Virus record (IMG/VR): IMGVR_UViG_3300018405_000011 | Direction: 5' to 3' (one strand) | DNA from: a virus | Taxonomy: Duplodnaviria; Caudoviricetes | DNA: 64,000 nt | Part shown: one piece after another, positions 28,528-37,721 of the stretch | Layout of the letters: every line of letters begins with the position of its first letter | Position numbering within the stretch: the stretch's first letter is position 1 | Notes under the pieces: model-generated | Databases searched by the model: none | Told to the model about the DNA's origin: nothing | What the model saw: the letters and a program-made list of their open reading frames with translations, nothing else | Made by a program: the position numbers and the translations under genes

Positions 28528-28998
28528 TTAGTGCATATAGGTATCTAGATAAGCCAGAGCCTCATCTGGAAAGTATTTGGGTTCTTCGCCTGGGACAGGC
28601 AGTCCCTCTTTTAAAAAGATACGTAAGAGTTCTTTTAACTGTGTTAAGCTGATAGTTTCTTGTGTATCATGGATTTCTTTAAGGAAACCATGATAGCCGA
28701 ATGTAAAGGTATGGCCTTCGTGGTCGAAGTTCCCCCAGCTTTTGTGCCAGCCCCATATGGTGCCACCGAAGAAACCAAAGATGCAGATAGCCGTCCAGTA
28801 CTCCTGCTCTGTCTTTAAATGGATTTGCTGGTCTAACAATTTATCACGGATAGCCTTAACAGGTACCGGGTAGGTATCTAAGTCAGGTAACGTAGGTGCT
28901 CTAAATACAACACACTCTTTAAGAGCATCCCAGTCATCGTTAAAGATAGCTCGGGCAATCATTAGTCCGATAGACGGACCCTTTTCGTTGAATTCCAT
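28528..28998 (-). CDS. Hypothetical protein
   Basis: Operon packing. Confidence 0.7.
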   Translation of the reverse strand: MEFNEKGPSIGLMIARAIFNDDWDALKECVVFRAPTLPDLDTYPVPVKAIRDKLLDQQIHLKTEQEYWTAICIFGFFGGTIWGWHKSWGNFDHEGHTFTFGYHGFLKEIHDTQETISLTQLKELLRIFLKEGLPVPGEEPKYFPDEALAYLDTYMH

Positions 28999-29009
28999 TT
29001 GGGTATTCC

Positions 29010-29327
29010 TTAATCGTCAATTTCGTCAATGGGTAGGAGAGGTACGGTTTGTCCTGCTAAGGCATGGGTACAGTCATTCAGGTACTGGATATTACCCTCC
29101 TTAATAAAACTATGGCAGCGGCACGGAGTGCGTTCCTCACCCCAAGTAAACTCTACGAGTAATGAAGGGGATAAGGTAGGTTTATCTAAGTCACCATTAA
29201 ACAGCCATGTAGGTCGATTAGGTACGTCTTTTACTGTGTAAAAGACATGCTCCATTTTACATCCGGCGCAGTAAAACTCAAATATGCCAGGGACACTACC
29301 GAACGGTCTTACTTTACGCTGAGACAT
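29010..29327 (-). CDS. DUF6527-like Cys/His metal-binding protein
   Basis: FYCAGCKMEH, WLFNGDLDKPTLSPSLL, CHSFIKEGNIQYLNDCTHALAGQTV. Confidence 0.7.
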   Translation of the reverse strand: MSQRKVRPFGSVPGIFEFYCAGCKMEHVFYTVKDVPNRPTWLFNGDLDKPTLSPSLLVEFTWGEERTPCRCHSFIKEGNIQYLNDCTHALAGQTVPLLPIDEIDD

Positions 29328-29339
29328 TATAACACCGCC

Positions 29340-29915
29340 TTATTTAAACATTCCGAGATATTTACCGACTAGCCATCCTTTATGGTTTACTACCCATGGA
29401 CCATAGTGACCTTTAATCGTCACTCTTTCAACTAACCCTAGGTCAACTAAGCTACCGCGGTCTGCTTTAGAAGGCATGTCACCATCCTCTAGCCCTTGAC
29501 TCATGCCAATCTTTTGCAGGGTTTCCTTTTGACCTCCGGTTAAACGCTTACCGATAATCACGGCATAGGCGTTTTTAATCCATTCGGACTCATCATCAGC
29601 GAACAGCATATTGGGTTCTTTAAAGACAACGTTTAACCCTTCAGCTAGGTAGAGATGATCACGCGCAAAGGTTCTGAAGAACTCTACGTCTTTATAATGC
29701 GAAGGTAAGTATTCGACATCAACCTTTGTCATTAGTTCACCGTAAGCGGTGAGCTGTTTCTTCACGAACTCTTCTAAAATACGTACGACGTCATCTTCAT
29801 CGAGATTAGGGCCGAAGAGTTGTTCTGGATAACGATTACTGTAAAGTTTGCCATCACTGCCTACATTAGACAAAGTAATGTAGCGTTTGGCTTGTTCGAG
29901 TTGGGTAAGATTCAT
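29340..29915 (-). CDS. Hypothetical protein with C-terminal winged-helix-like segment
   Basis: DGDMPSKADRGSLVDLGLV. Confidence 0.65.
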   Translation of the reverse strand: MNLTQLEQAKRYITLSNVGSDGKLYSNRYPEQLFGPNLDEDDVVRILEEFVKKQLTAYGELMTKVDVEYLPSHYKDVEFFRTFARDHLYLAEGLNVVFKEPNMLFADDESEWIKNAYAVIIGKRLTGGQKETLQKIGMSQGLEDGDMPSKADRGSLVDLGLVERVTIKGHYGPWVVNHKGWLVGKYLGMFK

Positions 29916-30018
29916 GGTAGGGTTCCTTATTGAGATAGTCTATCATAGTATCTCAACAGTCGATTAAATAACACAAGGTGAAATTCTATAGTAAGCTACT
30001 TAGATAAGGACTACCCAC

Positions 30019-30528
30019 ATGTTACGTAACAGTATTACCCGTAAAGTTGCCCAGCTTAGTCAAGCCCACGATGAAGCTGTTGCATTAATTAAAGACGCTA
30101 TTAAAGCATACGATAAGCACGACTTGATTATCATCGCGCTAGGGCGCTTAACTGATGAAGCCAGAGGCATTGTACAGCCTTTAATCGCTCACGCCGTTAA
30201 AGGGCGTGGAGAGTCGTCTTTAGCCTTAGGGTCAACGTTTGAATCCCTTAGAGAACCTAAAGCATGGGGCGTAAGTGAAGAAGAGATGTTAAACGTGTTT
30301 CAGTTAACCGTGCCAGACACGGAGTATCTGAAAACCATTGAACTCTCTATTGTCGAGCAGATGGAAACCATCCGTAAAGACTTCAGTAAAAGCATCTTTA
30401 TTGTAGACCGCTACTTTACAGAAACGGCTAAAGCCAACGGGCATCCTGTTTCAGAAGTTTATCGATACGCGGCACGTGTTGATAAAGTGGCTATATTTAA
30501 CATCCCATTCCTAGAAAGCGAAGAATAA
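30019..30528 (+). CDS. Hypothetical protein
   Basis: AAGGA RBS; preceded by AAATTCTATAGTA. Confidence 0.75.
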   Translation: MLRNSITRKVAQLSQAHDEAVALIKDAIKAYDKHDLIIIALGRLTDEARGIVQPLIAHAVKGRGESSLALGSTFESLREPKAWGVSEEEMLNVFQLTVPDTEYLKTIELSIVEQMETIRKDFSKSIFIVDRYFTETAKANGHPVSEVYRYAARVDKVAIFNIPFLESEE

Positions 30529-30531
30529 GAA

Positions 30532-30562
30532 TACTCCTCTACCTTTAGCGGGTAGAGGAGTA
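30532..30562. terminator. Bidirectional terminator
   Basis: TACTCCTCTACC/GGTAGAGGAGTA between convergent genes. Confidence 0.8.
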
Positions 30563-30569
30563 AGTCTTT

Positions 30570-32774
30570 TTATTTTACTGTATAGTACCGCTGTATGTCC
30601 ACGATGTCATGGTACCACACTTCACGAGAATCTATCTCTGGGATAGTAAAGTCATCGATACCTTCTAACCCCACGTCTAAATCCTCAGTCCACTCTAAGT
30701 CGTAGCCGTCTATGCCTTCTAGTCCTAACATGAACCCTACAGAAGTAATACCTCCATCACCCATCATAGCCTCTGTCATCTGTTTACTCCACTCAGCCAA
30801 GTCAAGACTACGCGTTGTTAGGTTATCTTCAGGACGTGTATCGAGTAACGGGGTTACGACGTGAACCTTAGCGTCTTGCCCTAACCGGTCAACACGACTA
30901 ACGGCTTGGTTGCGTATATGTTCTCTAAATGGAGTATCATAGAGTATAACCGTATTACACTCAATAACAGGTACAGCAGTAGACAAGGACGGATAAGTTG
31001 CTATCAAAGGGTTAGCTTCTGGATTACGCTGGAGTTCCTTCATGATGTCAGTAAGCTGACTGTTCGTATCCCCATAGACTAACAATGGCTTAAAACCATC
31101 CTTACGGACTTGCTCAGCAATTCGGTCTACAACATCCACATAAGAGGTAAAGATAAGGGTCTTTTTCTCACTCTGGTCAATAATGTCCTTAAAGGGAACA
31201 TGTGCCACCATAGAACGCAGGGCATCCATACGTAACCGAGTAATCATCCCCAATGACTCGCCCTGTATGACAAGATGTAGATATTTATATTTAGAGATAA
31301 GCTTACGAAACTCTAACGCATCCTTCTTATCCATGCGTGGTTCTATCACGTCTTTCTCGTACCTCTTTAACTGAGGGAACCAGTCCTTCTGGAGCTCCAT
31401 GCTAAAGTGCTTACGGATTTGCTCTACCTTACTGCGGTATTCCCGATAGATAGGCCATTCCTCTTTAGATAAGGTAGATTCATGGTCTTTAAGGTATTGT
31501 TCCGTTTTCTTAACGATGGTCGGTATTTGAGGTTTATAATACTCGATTCTATCTTCAATAAACTCCCTTACTTTACGACGGACTTCATTTAACGTATAGT
31601 CTTTCCCGTTAGGGATTTCGATTTGAAGAGTATATTCCTCTTTCTCGTTATTTACGACAGCTTGTTTTTCTATCTTAAAGCTTAAGCTTGTTAAACGGTG
31701 ATTTAGTACATCTAATGCACGCCCTACTGTAGCCCCATAAAGTCCCACGAAAGCCTTTCTAACGTCCTCTGTGAAGAGAGGGTCGATAGTGGTAAGGAAA
31801 GGCACTGCTTCTTTACCAATCGCCTTTAGAGGGGTACCTGAAGCCCATACGACATGGTTAGCCTGAGTTTCTTTACATAGCTGAATAAATGTATTCGTGC
31901 GAGCAGAAACTATTTCGTTAAAGTTATGGGACTCATCTAGCCATATAGTAACAACTTTATTGGCAAGCTTAGGGGCGATATCTAAAAGTCTAGGTAAGGA
32001 CTCATAATGGCAAATGAGGTATCTTTCTTTTCCTGTAGGCGGTTGCTTAGAGCTTGATATCCAATACGATTGCTCTTTACGGAAACGAGATTTTAGAGTA
32101 GCCTCCCATACCTCATGAAGCGAGTTCTTTGGTACTGCAAAGACGGTAACGTCAGAATCCATTGCTAGTGAGAATGAGAACCCAGCGATAGTTTTACCTG
32201 TACCAGGAGGGGCCGCTAGCATTAGTCCATTTAGATTTAACTTAGGTGCCTTTTCCGCGTAACTGCGTATAAAACCAGACTGCGTTTCCAATAACTTAAC
32301 ATTCATCTCCTTTTCGATGGCACGCCAGTTGATTGAAAGAGCAGGTCTTTCCTGAGCTTCTTTAATCCACGTCTTTTCATAGACAGTAGAGATAATGCTG
32401 TCTAAGGTACTATTCGCAATACGGGTCTTACGCTCTTTCATCTTTTCTAAGATGTAAAGTACCTCTAATACAAAGAAACTATGGAAAACAAGACTACGAG
32501 AGGTTAAGTCGATAAAGATAGAGTTTGCGACTCTTTGTGTCTTCCATTCGTTAAGTACCGCACTATTTAGGTCTTTAGCACTAAATCCACCTACACGAAC
32601 AATATTGTCCTTTTCTTCACAGCGAACAAAGGGCAGTGCATTAAGAATGAAGTCAAATGCCTCCATTGAATATTCGATTTCAGAAGGACTTAGGTCACAT
32701 ACGCAGGATAGATATCGGTCTGGGTTGACATCGAATATCGTATCGATATGAAAGGGGAGTTCTGTTGTATTCAT
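30570..32774 (-). CDS. SF2 (SNF2/DEAD-like) helicase, likely virion-packaged
   Basis: APPGTGKT, LDESHNF, ASGTP, KTLIFTSY, LSTAV, QAVSRVDRLGQ; N-terminal YSMEAFDF. Confidence 0.85.
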   Translation of the reverse strand: MNTTELPFHIDTIFDVNPDRYLSCVCDLSPSEIEYSMEAFDFILNALPFVRCEEKDNIVRVGGFSAKDLNSAVLNEWKTQRVANSIFIDLTSRSLVFHSFFVLEVLYILEKMKERKTRIANSTLDSIISTVYEKTWIKEAQERPALSINWRAIEKEMNVKLLETQSGFIRSYAEKAPKLNLNGLMLAAPPGTGKTIAGFSFSLAMDSDVTVFAVPKNSLHEVWEATLKSRFRKEQSYWISSSKQPPTGKERYLICHYESLPRLLDIAPKLANKVVTIWLDESHNFNEIVSARTNTFIQLCKETQANHVVWASGTPLKAIGKEAVPFLTTIDPLFTEDVRKAFVGLYGATVGRALDVLNHRLTSLSFKIEKQAVVNNEKEEYTLQIEIPNGKDYTLNEVRRKVREFIEDRIEYYKPQIPTIVKKTEQYLKDHESTLSKEEWPIYREYRSKVEQIRKHFSMELQKDWFPQLKRYEKDVIEPRMDKKDALEFRKLISKYKYLHLVIQGESLGMITRLRMDALRSMVAHVPFKDIIDQSEKKTLIFTSYVDVVDRIAEQVRKDGFKPLLVYGDTNSQLTDIMKELQRNPEANPLIATYPSLSTAVPVIECNTVILYDTPFREHIRNQAVSRVDRLGQDAKVHVVTPLLDTRPEDNLTTRSLDLAEWSKQMTEAMMGDGGITSVGFMLGLEGIDGYDLEWTEDLDVGLEGIDDFTIPEIDSREVWYHDIVDIQRYYTVK

Positions 32775-32854
32775 GAGTGAGTAGCCTACTAGTATGCTAA
32801 TGTTTTACTATTAAAGGGGTCTATTGGATTCGGTCATTGTTTCTAAGTTGAATG

Positions 32855-32867
32855 AAACCTATATTAC
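32855..32867 (+). promoter_or_regulatory. Early promoter motif
   Basis: AAACCTATATTAC. Confidence 0.8.
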
Positions 32868-32920
32868 CTTTATGAATTATTACGTTTATAAAACCCATTC
32901 TATTAAAAAAGGATAACATT

Positions 32921-33532
32921 ATGAATAAGTTACAAAACATTAAAACGGCTAAAGAATACTACGATGCCTTATCTACTCGCGTTATTGGTCAGGAACATGC
33001 TAAGCGAGCAGTAGCTGTAGCGCTACACTCTCGTGAGTTAAATGGCCTATCTGGGCAAACTAAGGGTATCCCTAATAATATCCTGTTAAAGGGCCCTACG
33101 GGTTCAGGTAAGACTGAGATTCTTCGTACCCTACAATCAGAGCTGGGCTTGCCTGTAGAGACAATAGTGGCCACAAACATTACGCCTCCTGGTTATGTCG
33201 GCGAAGATATTCAGGACGTAATAAAGCGCCTCTACGATAATTTTGATGTAACGTCTATTCCGGAATGGTATTTAGATGATTTAGAGCGAAGAAAGGAGTA
33301 TGACCTTATCCCAGAGCACCGTCGACAATTGCGGTTCTTAGAAAATCTGGATGTAGCAAGTGCGGAGTTTACATGCTGCGGGGACATCGTTGATGATTAT
33401 ATGCGAGGGGTAGACATCATAAAGGATATTCTGGTTTCACTACCCTATCAAATCAAGATACCGTTTCTTAGAAAAAGTCTAGCGGCTATTTTTCCATCGC
33501 TGGTTAGAAGCTGGGGCGCTTGTCAAGGTTGA
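32921..33532 (+). CDS. hslU: HslU/ClpX-like AAA+ N-terminal fragment
   Basis: RVIGQEHAKRAVAVAL, NILLKGPTGSGKTEI, GYVG pore loop; no Walker B before the stop. Confidence 0.75.
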   Translation: MNKLQNIKTAKEYYDALSTRVIGQEHAKRAVAVALHSRELNGLSGQTKGIPNNILLKGPTGSGKTEILRTLQSELGLPVETIVATNITPPGYVGEDIQDVIKRLYDNFDVTSIPEWYLDDLERRKEYDLIPEHRRQLRFLENLDVASAEFTCCGDIVDDYMRGVDIIKDILVSLPYQIKIPFLRKSLAAIFPSLVRSWGACQG

Positions 33533-34139
33533 AGAAGATGCCATTCACCGCTTTGAGTCTTCGGAATATAACCTTGTCATCCGTCCAACAGTAAAGGATG
33601 GCTTTCGAGCTATTGCTTTTGCTGTGGATGGCGAAGAAGACATGGAATTGGTACTTTTAACCACTTCTCATTTTACGGAATCTCAATATTTGGTGCCCGC
33701 CAAGATATCCTCTCCATACAAACGGGAAGATAAGGAACTGGTGGAATTACTCAGTGAGCGGTTATCGAATGGAGTGTATAAAGGTAAAGAAAAGAAAAAT
33801 GCTTTTCTCTTCCGTCAAGCACTATGTACACAAGCGCACTGTAATGGTCAGATTTCAAATTCATTATTTCAGGTCTATATCACTGGGCGCTTTCTAAATG
33901 GGGATTTCAATGCATTAACATATAGTCATGCAGCCGTGACAATTCTAAACCACCACATCGTGGCTTTAGGTTATAAGCGCATGCATCTTGGGAAAAGCTG
34001 GACACCGTGGTTCGAAGTCGACGGTAAACATCCTCTAGAGTGGTACCCACTTTCCTTATCTAAGATACCGAATGAAGAACAGAAGGCATTAATACTGAAG
34101 TATTTAAGGAAGCGTTTGAACGTTTCAAACAAACGTTAA
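33483..34139 (+). CDS. Hypothetical ORF, probable frameshifted continuation of the hslU-like gene
   Basis: Frame is open from 33483, 47 codons before the GTG at 33624, overlapping the hslU-like 3' end. Confidence 0.5.
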   Translation, partial: RLFFHRWLEAGALVKVEEDAIHRFESSEYNLVIRPTVKDGFRAIAFAVDGEEDMELVLLTTSHFTESQYLVPAKISSPYKREDKELVELLSERLSNGVYKGKEKKNAFLFRQALCTQAHCNGQISNSLFQVYITGRFLNGDFNALTYSHAAVTILNHHIVALGYKRMHLGKSWTPWFEVDGKHPLEWYPLSLSKIPNEEQKALILKYLRKRLNVSNKR

Positions 34140-34142
34140 AAC

Positions 34143-34174
34143 TAGAGCGTATTCCCGAAAGGGAATACGCTCTA
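34143..34174. terminator. Bidirectional terminator
   Basis: 14-bp stem with GAAA loop between convergent genes. Confidence 0.85.
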
Positions 34175-34198
34175 TGACCTTTATTTTTTTTTTATTAC

Positions 34199-34522
34199 TT
34201 AAACCAATGGTAACGGCTCACGCCCTTCTAAAAGCGACCCGATTAACATGACTGCAATGGAAGCGTAGCGCAGCGGTGAAGGGATTTCTTTTAAGAAACA
34301 AACACACACTAAACGCACGTAGCCCAGTAACTGTCGTGCAAATAACCAATTCTCACGAAACTGGGTATGAGCACTGGCGTCACCATTAAGGTTATCAATG
34401 GCGCGCTGACTCATAGCAACTTCGCGTTTAGCTCGCTCTAGTCTACGCGTTTGGAAATATAACATAACCGAGCGAACCTTGGCTGCTACGCTTAGCTTTG
34501 CTTTCATTAAGAATGCATACAT
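34199..34522 (-). CDS. Hypothetical protein
   Basis: AGGAG RBS; hydrophobic C-terminus. Confidence 0.65.
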   Translation of the reverse strand: MYAFLMKAKLSVAAKVRSVMLYFQTRRLERAKREVAMSQRAIDNLNGDASAHTQFRENWLFARQLLGYVRLVCVCFLKEIPSPLRYASIAVMLIGSLLEGREPLPLV

Positions 34523-34594
34523 GACTTTCTCCTTTTATAGCTTCTATGCAATTGAAAAGATGAGTATAAAATAGCAAAGAAGGTATCTGTGGAC

Positions 34595-34951
34595 TCAGTT
34601 AAGGCATTCTCCATCAAAGAATATATCCGTAGGAGTAATTCTCAAGTCATGTAAGACTAAGGCCAGACTCTGAGCACTGTGGTCATTTAACCCAACGAGA
34701 ATAAGTTTCTTTATTCTCGCTAGGCGATTTGCCCTTCCCTCTAATAAAGCCTTCCAATAGCTGTAATCGATGGTATGGTCGACTGTGGCTATAATTTCGA
34801 TGATGTTCGGTATGAACTTAATATCGAACATTGCCTGTATCACCAAGGGGTCTTCTAGGGAAGAATGTAGCTCATTATGGTGTTGGGAGAGGTCGACAGT
34901 AAGACGGAGGGGCTTTGACATACTGATGCTCCTGAAAGCCAATGATATCAA
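34595..34951 (-). CDS. Hypothetical protein
   Basis: ORF in minus-strand operon; start probably 34921. Confidence 0.6.
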   Translation of the reverse strand: MISLAFRSISMSKPLRLTVDLSQHHNELHSSLEDPLVIQAMFDIKFIPNIIEIIATVDHTIDYSYWKALLEGRANRLARIKKLILVGLNDHSAQSLALVLHDLRITPTDIFFDGECLN

Positions 34952-35570
34952 AGAGCTCTGCTCTATCTTCTTCTATCTTAAGATTAAAGCAAGGGATATC
35001 CAAATGTCGTGCTAGATAGACCGCAATACGCGTACCACCACTCACGGTTCCCTTAACTCTATCTTCATCGGCGTAGTAAACAACAAAGTCTGTTTTAGTC
35101 CAGTCCCGACATAGGACTTGATAAACGTTTCGGCAAAATAACCGCTGAATAGATTGCTTCACCTTATTTATCCATGGACATACCCCACTGTCGATTAAGA
35201 TATGTTTGGCAAATTCAAACTCCATGTCGCGTATGACTAAATATCGATTTCCGTCTTCTTTACGTCCCTCGAAATTCCACCATGGTAACCAGCTTTCGAG
35301 ATAGTCTTCTTTTTCAAAGTCTGTTGCTGCGGCTAAAGTTCCTTCTTCAAAATGACTGTCTGAACCAGGAGCTGACCCAGTATATAACTTATTCCCGTTA
35401 GTAGTAAGATAGTAGGCCAGTTCCCACATCAGTCTAGCTATCTCCGGTGGTACTGACCGGCTCCCAATGCCCGTCCAACGGAATGCCCTTTTCTTTAGTA
35501 AGAGCTTCCCAGCTCTGGGGTGAGAGTTGGTCCATAATGTCCGTAATGCGGATACGTTCTCGTTCACCAT
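34875..35570 (-). CDS. SLOG/DprA-like nucleotide-binding domain protein
   Basis: WTGIGSRSVP, TGSAPGSDSHFE, LPWWNF, RNVYQVL, SGGTRIAV..A...IPCFNL. Confidence 0.75.
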   Translation of the reverse strand: MVNENVSALRTLWTNSHPRAGKLLLKKRAFRWTGIGSRSVPPEIARLMWELAYYLTTNGNKLYTGSAPGSDSHFEEGTLAAATDFEKEDYLESWLPWWNFEGRKEDGNRYLVIRDMEFEFAKHILIDSGVCPWINKVKQSIQRLFCRNVYQVLCRDWTKTDFVVYYADEDRVKGTVSGGTRIAVYLARHLDIPCFNLKIEEDRAELFDIIGFQEHQYVKAPPSYCRPLPTP

Positions 35571-36219
35571 CTTTATACCCCACCATGATAAAACCCGGCT
35601 CAGCCAAAGTAGTTATTTTAGCTGTGCCTTTAAAGGTCTGTATTTCTGCCCCTATCGCAAGCTTTGATTTATGAATAAACGCAAAGATGTCGTAGGATAG
35701 GCCAGCATGGCTTAAATAACATTGTGTTACACCTAACTGTTTGAGTTGCTGCTCGAGTTTAGGAATCGTAACAAAATCCCCATGTTTATTAACAACATGG
35801 GTCTGTGTTTGGGTAGCGGTACACTCTATCACTTTTCCCGACGGGACGTCATAGAGATAATACTCACGGGACAGCCCATGGTAATTAATGGCCGCGCGCG
35901 GCACATTTAAAGTACCGATATATACTGGAGTGATGCGGACGTAATTCCTTTCTGGTAAAAGGCTAAAATGAATAAGTCCATTAGCTGTGAGTTTCCCTTT
36001 TAATGACTCGTCCATTTCATCCCATACACACCAGTCTTTTAGCCAGTCTTGCATAAGTACGAATGGCGTACCGTGCTCATCACTGATGCGCACTGAGTTA
36101 CCCATAACATCAACGTGCGCAACGCGTATTACAGACCTCTGTGGCTGGCGGGTACTGCACATTAGCTTGCCAATCGACCCACAGAGCGTTTCTAGTGTAA
36201 GGGCAGGTAGTCTACTCAT
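35434..36219 (-). CDS. Hypothetical protein, possibly fused to the SLOG domain
   Basis: 137-nt overlap with the SLOG ORF. Confidence 0.65.
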   Translation of the reverse strand: MSRLPALTLETLCGSIGKLMCSTRQPQRSVIRVAHVDVMGNSVRISDEHGTPFVLMQDWLKDWCVWDEMDESLKGKLTANGLIHFSLLPERNYVRITPVYIGTLNVPRAAINYHGLSREYYLYDVPSGKVIECTATQTQTHVVNKHGDFVTIPKLEQQLKQLGVTQCYLSHAGLSYDIFAFIHKSKLAIGAEIQTFKGTAKITTLAEPGFIMVGYKDGERERIRITDIMDQLSPQSWEALTKEKGIPLDGHWEPVSTTGDS

Positions 36220-36701
36220 AACTCGCTCTCCAGTATGGTGTCAGAGATATAATGAAACATCGTATCGCCCAATACGCGCTTGTCAAAACGGTGTTGTCCG
36301 GTGATGTCTGCAATACCTTCGATAGTAACTAGGGCAGGAGAATGGCACGTCGACGCAACGTCTTCTTCTAGCTCAACCATGTAGGTGGCGACATCGCCAG
36401 ATTGTAGTCCGCGTACCTTCATGTCACCAATGCCAGTAAGCTGTATCTGCGTTTCCAAATACGGGCCGTTTGATGAAACCGTCCCTTTACGATGACAGTC
36501 TACGATATTACTAACTATAGACTCCAGTTCTTCTAAGGTATTAACTTTACGCTTAACCATATCCGCCAGAATTGCTGCCGCAGCTCGTGGCGTCAACCGA
36601 ACATCCGTCTTCTCGTTCCATAGTTTCAGGAAGAGCTCGCCATTAATCTTCGTGCCGTCTGTCAACATACACATTGCGGCTTGTTTTAATTTTGCTACCA
36701 T
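36216..36701 (-). CDS. Hypothetical protein
   Basis: Operon packing. Confidence 0.7.
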   Translation of the reverse strand: MVAKLKQAAMCMLTDGTKINGELFLKLWNEKTDVRLTPRAAAAILADMVKRKVNTLEELESIVSNIVDCHRKGTVSSNGPYLETQIQLTGIGDMKVRGLQSGDVATYMVELEEDVASTCHSPALVTIEGIADITGQHRFDKRVLGDTMFHYISDTILESEL

Positions 36702-36703
36702 TT

Positions 36704-37144
36704 TTATACTCCTAACTTAAGGGAATTTTCTTTTATTTGAATATCACTGCCTTCTAGTGTGTAGAAGTCCTCGACATAAAACCATTGGGTTATGTAATAA
36801 AGCGGGATAGTGGTTACTGGACCATAACGCCCATTGACAAAATAACTGCCTTTAGCTAAAGCAGTATCGTGATTAACCCAGTGTAAGTGTGCTTTAATGA
36901 CTTCGCCATTAGCTTCGTTACGACCTATGATGTATCCTTTTCGGGATGGATAAAGGAAGCGGCGCTTAGTGGCACTTAGAAACGAAGCGTAATGCTTTCC
37001 GCAGCAACTACAGGCACATAGAGCATCGGGTGACAGTATGCGTTTACCAGTGTTAACGTGTAACCAGTCATGATGGCCTGCCTTACACATTTGCTCGTTC
37101 TGTTCTAGACTATGCCAAAACAAAGTACGGAGTATATGTATCAT
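36704..37144 (-). CDS. Zn-finger hypothetical protein (paralog A)
   Basis: CKAGHHDW...CSCCGKHY...FLYP...PLYY. Confidence 0.7.
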   Translation of the reverse strand: MIHILRTLFWHSLEQNEQMCKAGHHDWLHVNTGKRILSPDALCACSCCGKHYASFLSATKRRFLYPSRKGYIIGRNEANGEVIKAHLHWVNHDTALAKGSYFVNGRYGPVTTIPLYYITQWFYVEDFYTLEGSDIQIKENSLKLGV

Positions 37145-37593
37145 AAAGGTTCTCCTCGCTCTACTTTACGGATTACTAGATGGAGTTCCCAGTTACGCAT
37201 GGTAGAGAAATTATCCGTGTATTGCCAATTTGCCAGGTGATACAAGGGATATGGCCGACTTGTAAAAAACTGACCATCTGTGTATTCCGAAATCTCAGCG
37301 GTGCCCGTTTCTAAGCAAACCTTATTAACTCGCATTACCATAAGACAGTGGTCTACAGAATCGTAACCGACCACATAAGTGTTTTCCTTAGGGTAAATAA
37401 AGCCTTCTTTTTGTTTAAGGCAGTATAGATAAGATACCCCACAGTGGCGACAGTGGCCATCGGCAATCAATTTATGGGTTTTTATAATTCCGTCATTTAT
37501 TGCTGGAGGCCAAGCATGGCGACCTTTAAGACATCTCCGTGCCTGTAAAGTCGCTTTGATGAATTGACTAATGGTAAGTCCATGTATTAACAT
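37141..37593 (-). CDS. Zn-finger hypothetical protein (paralog B)
   Basis: CLKGRHAW...CRHCGVSY...FIYP...PLYH. Confidence 0.7.
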   Translation of the reverse strand: MLIHGLTISQFIKATLQARRCLKGRHAWPPAINDGIIKTHKLIADGHCRHCGVSYLYCLKQKEGFIYPKENTYVVGYDSVDHCLMVMRVNKVCLETGTAEISEYTDGQFFTSRPYPLYHLANWQYTDNFSTMRNWELHLVIRKVERGEPL

Positions 37594-37670
37594 TCTTTTT
37601 TAACCCTTTGCTTTATTGGCTACTAATCAATTCTATTTTTGTATTTTCTTTCACCGTATCAAAATTTAAT

Positions 37671-37684
37671 AAAACCTATATTAC
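37671..37684 (+). promoter_or_regulatory. Early promoter motif
   Basis: AAAACCTATATTAC. Confidence 0.8.
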
Positions 37685-37721
37685 TCTAATGGTTACATAC
37701 TGATAAACTAGGAGAAACAGA

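Noticed and set aside
33530-33560. Stop-codon readthrough or alternative genetic code to extend the hslU-like ORF
   Set aside because: A second in-frame TGA follows within about 8 codons, and TAA, TAG and TGA all end well-packed genes elsewhere
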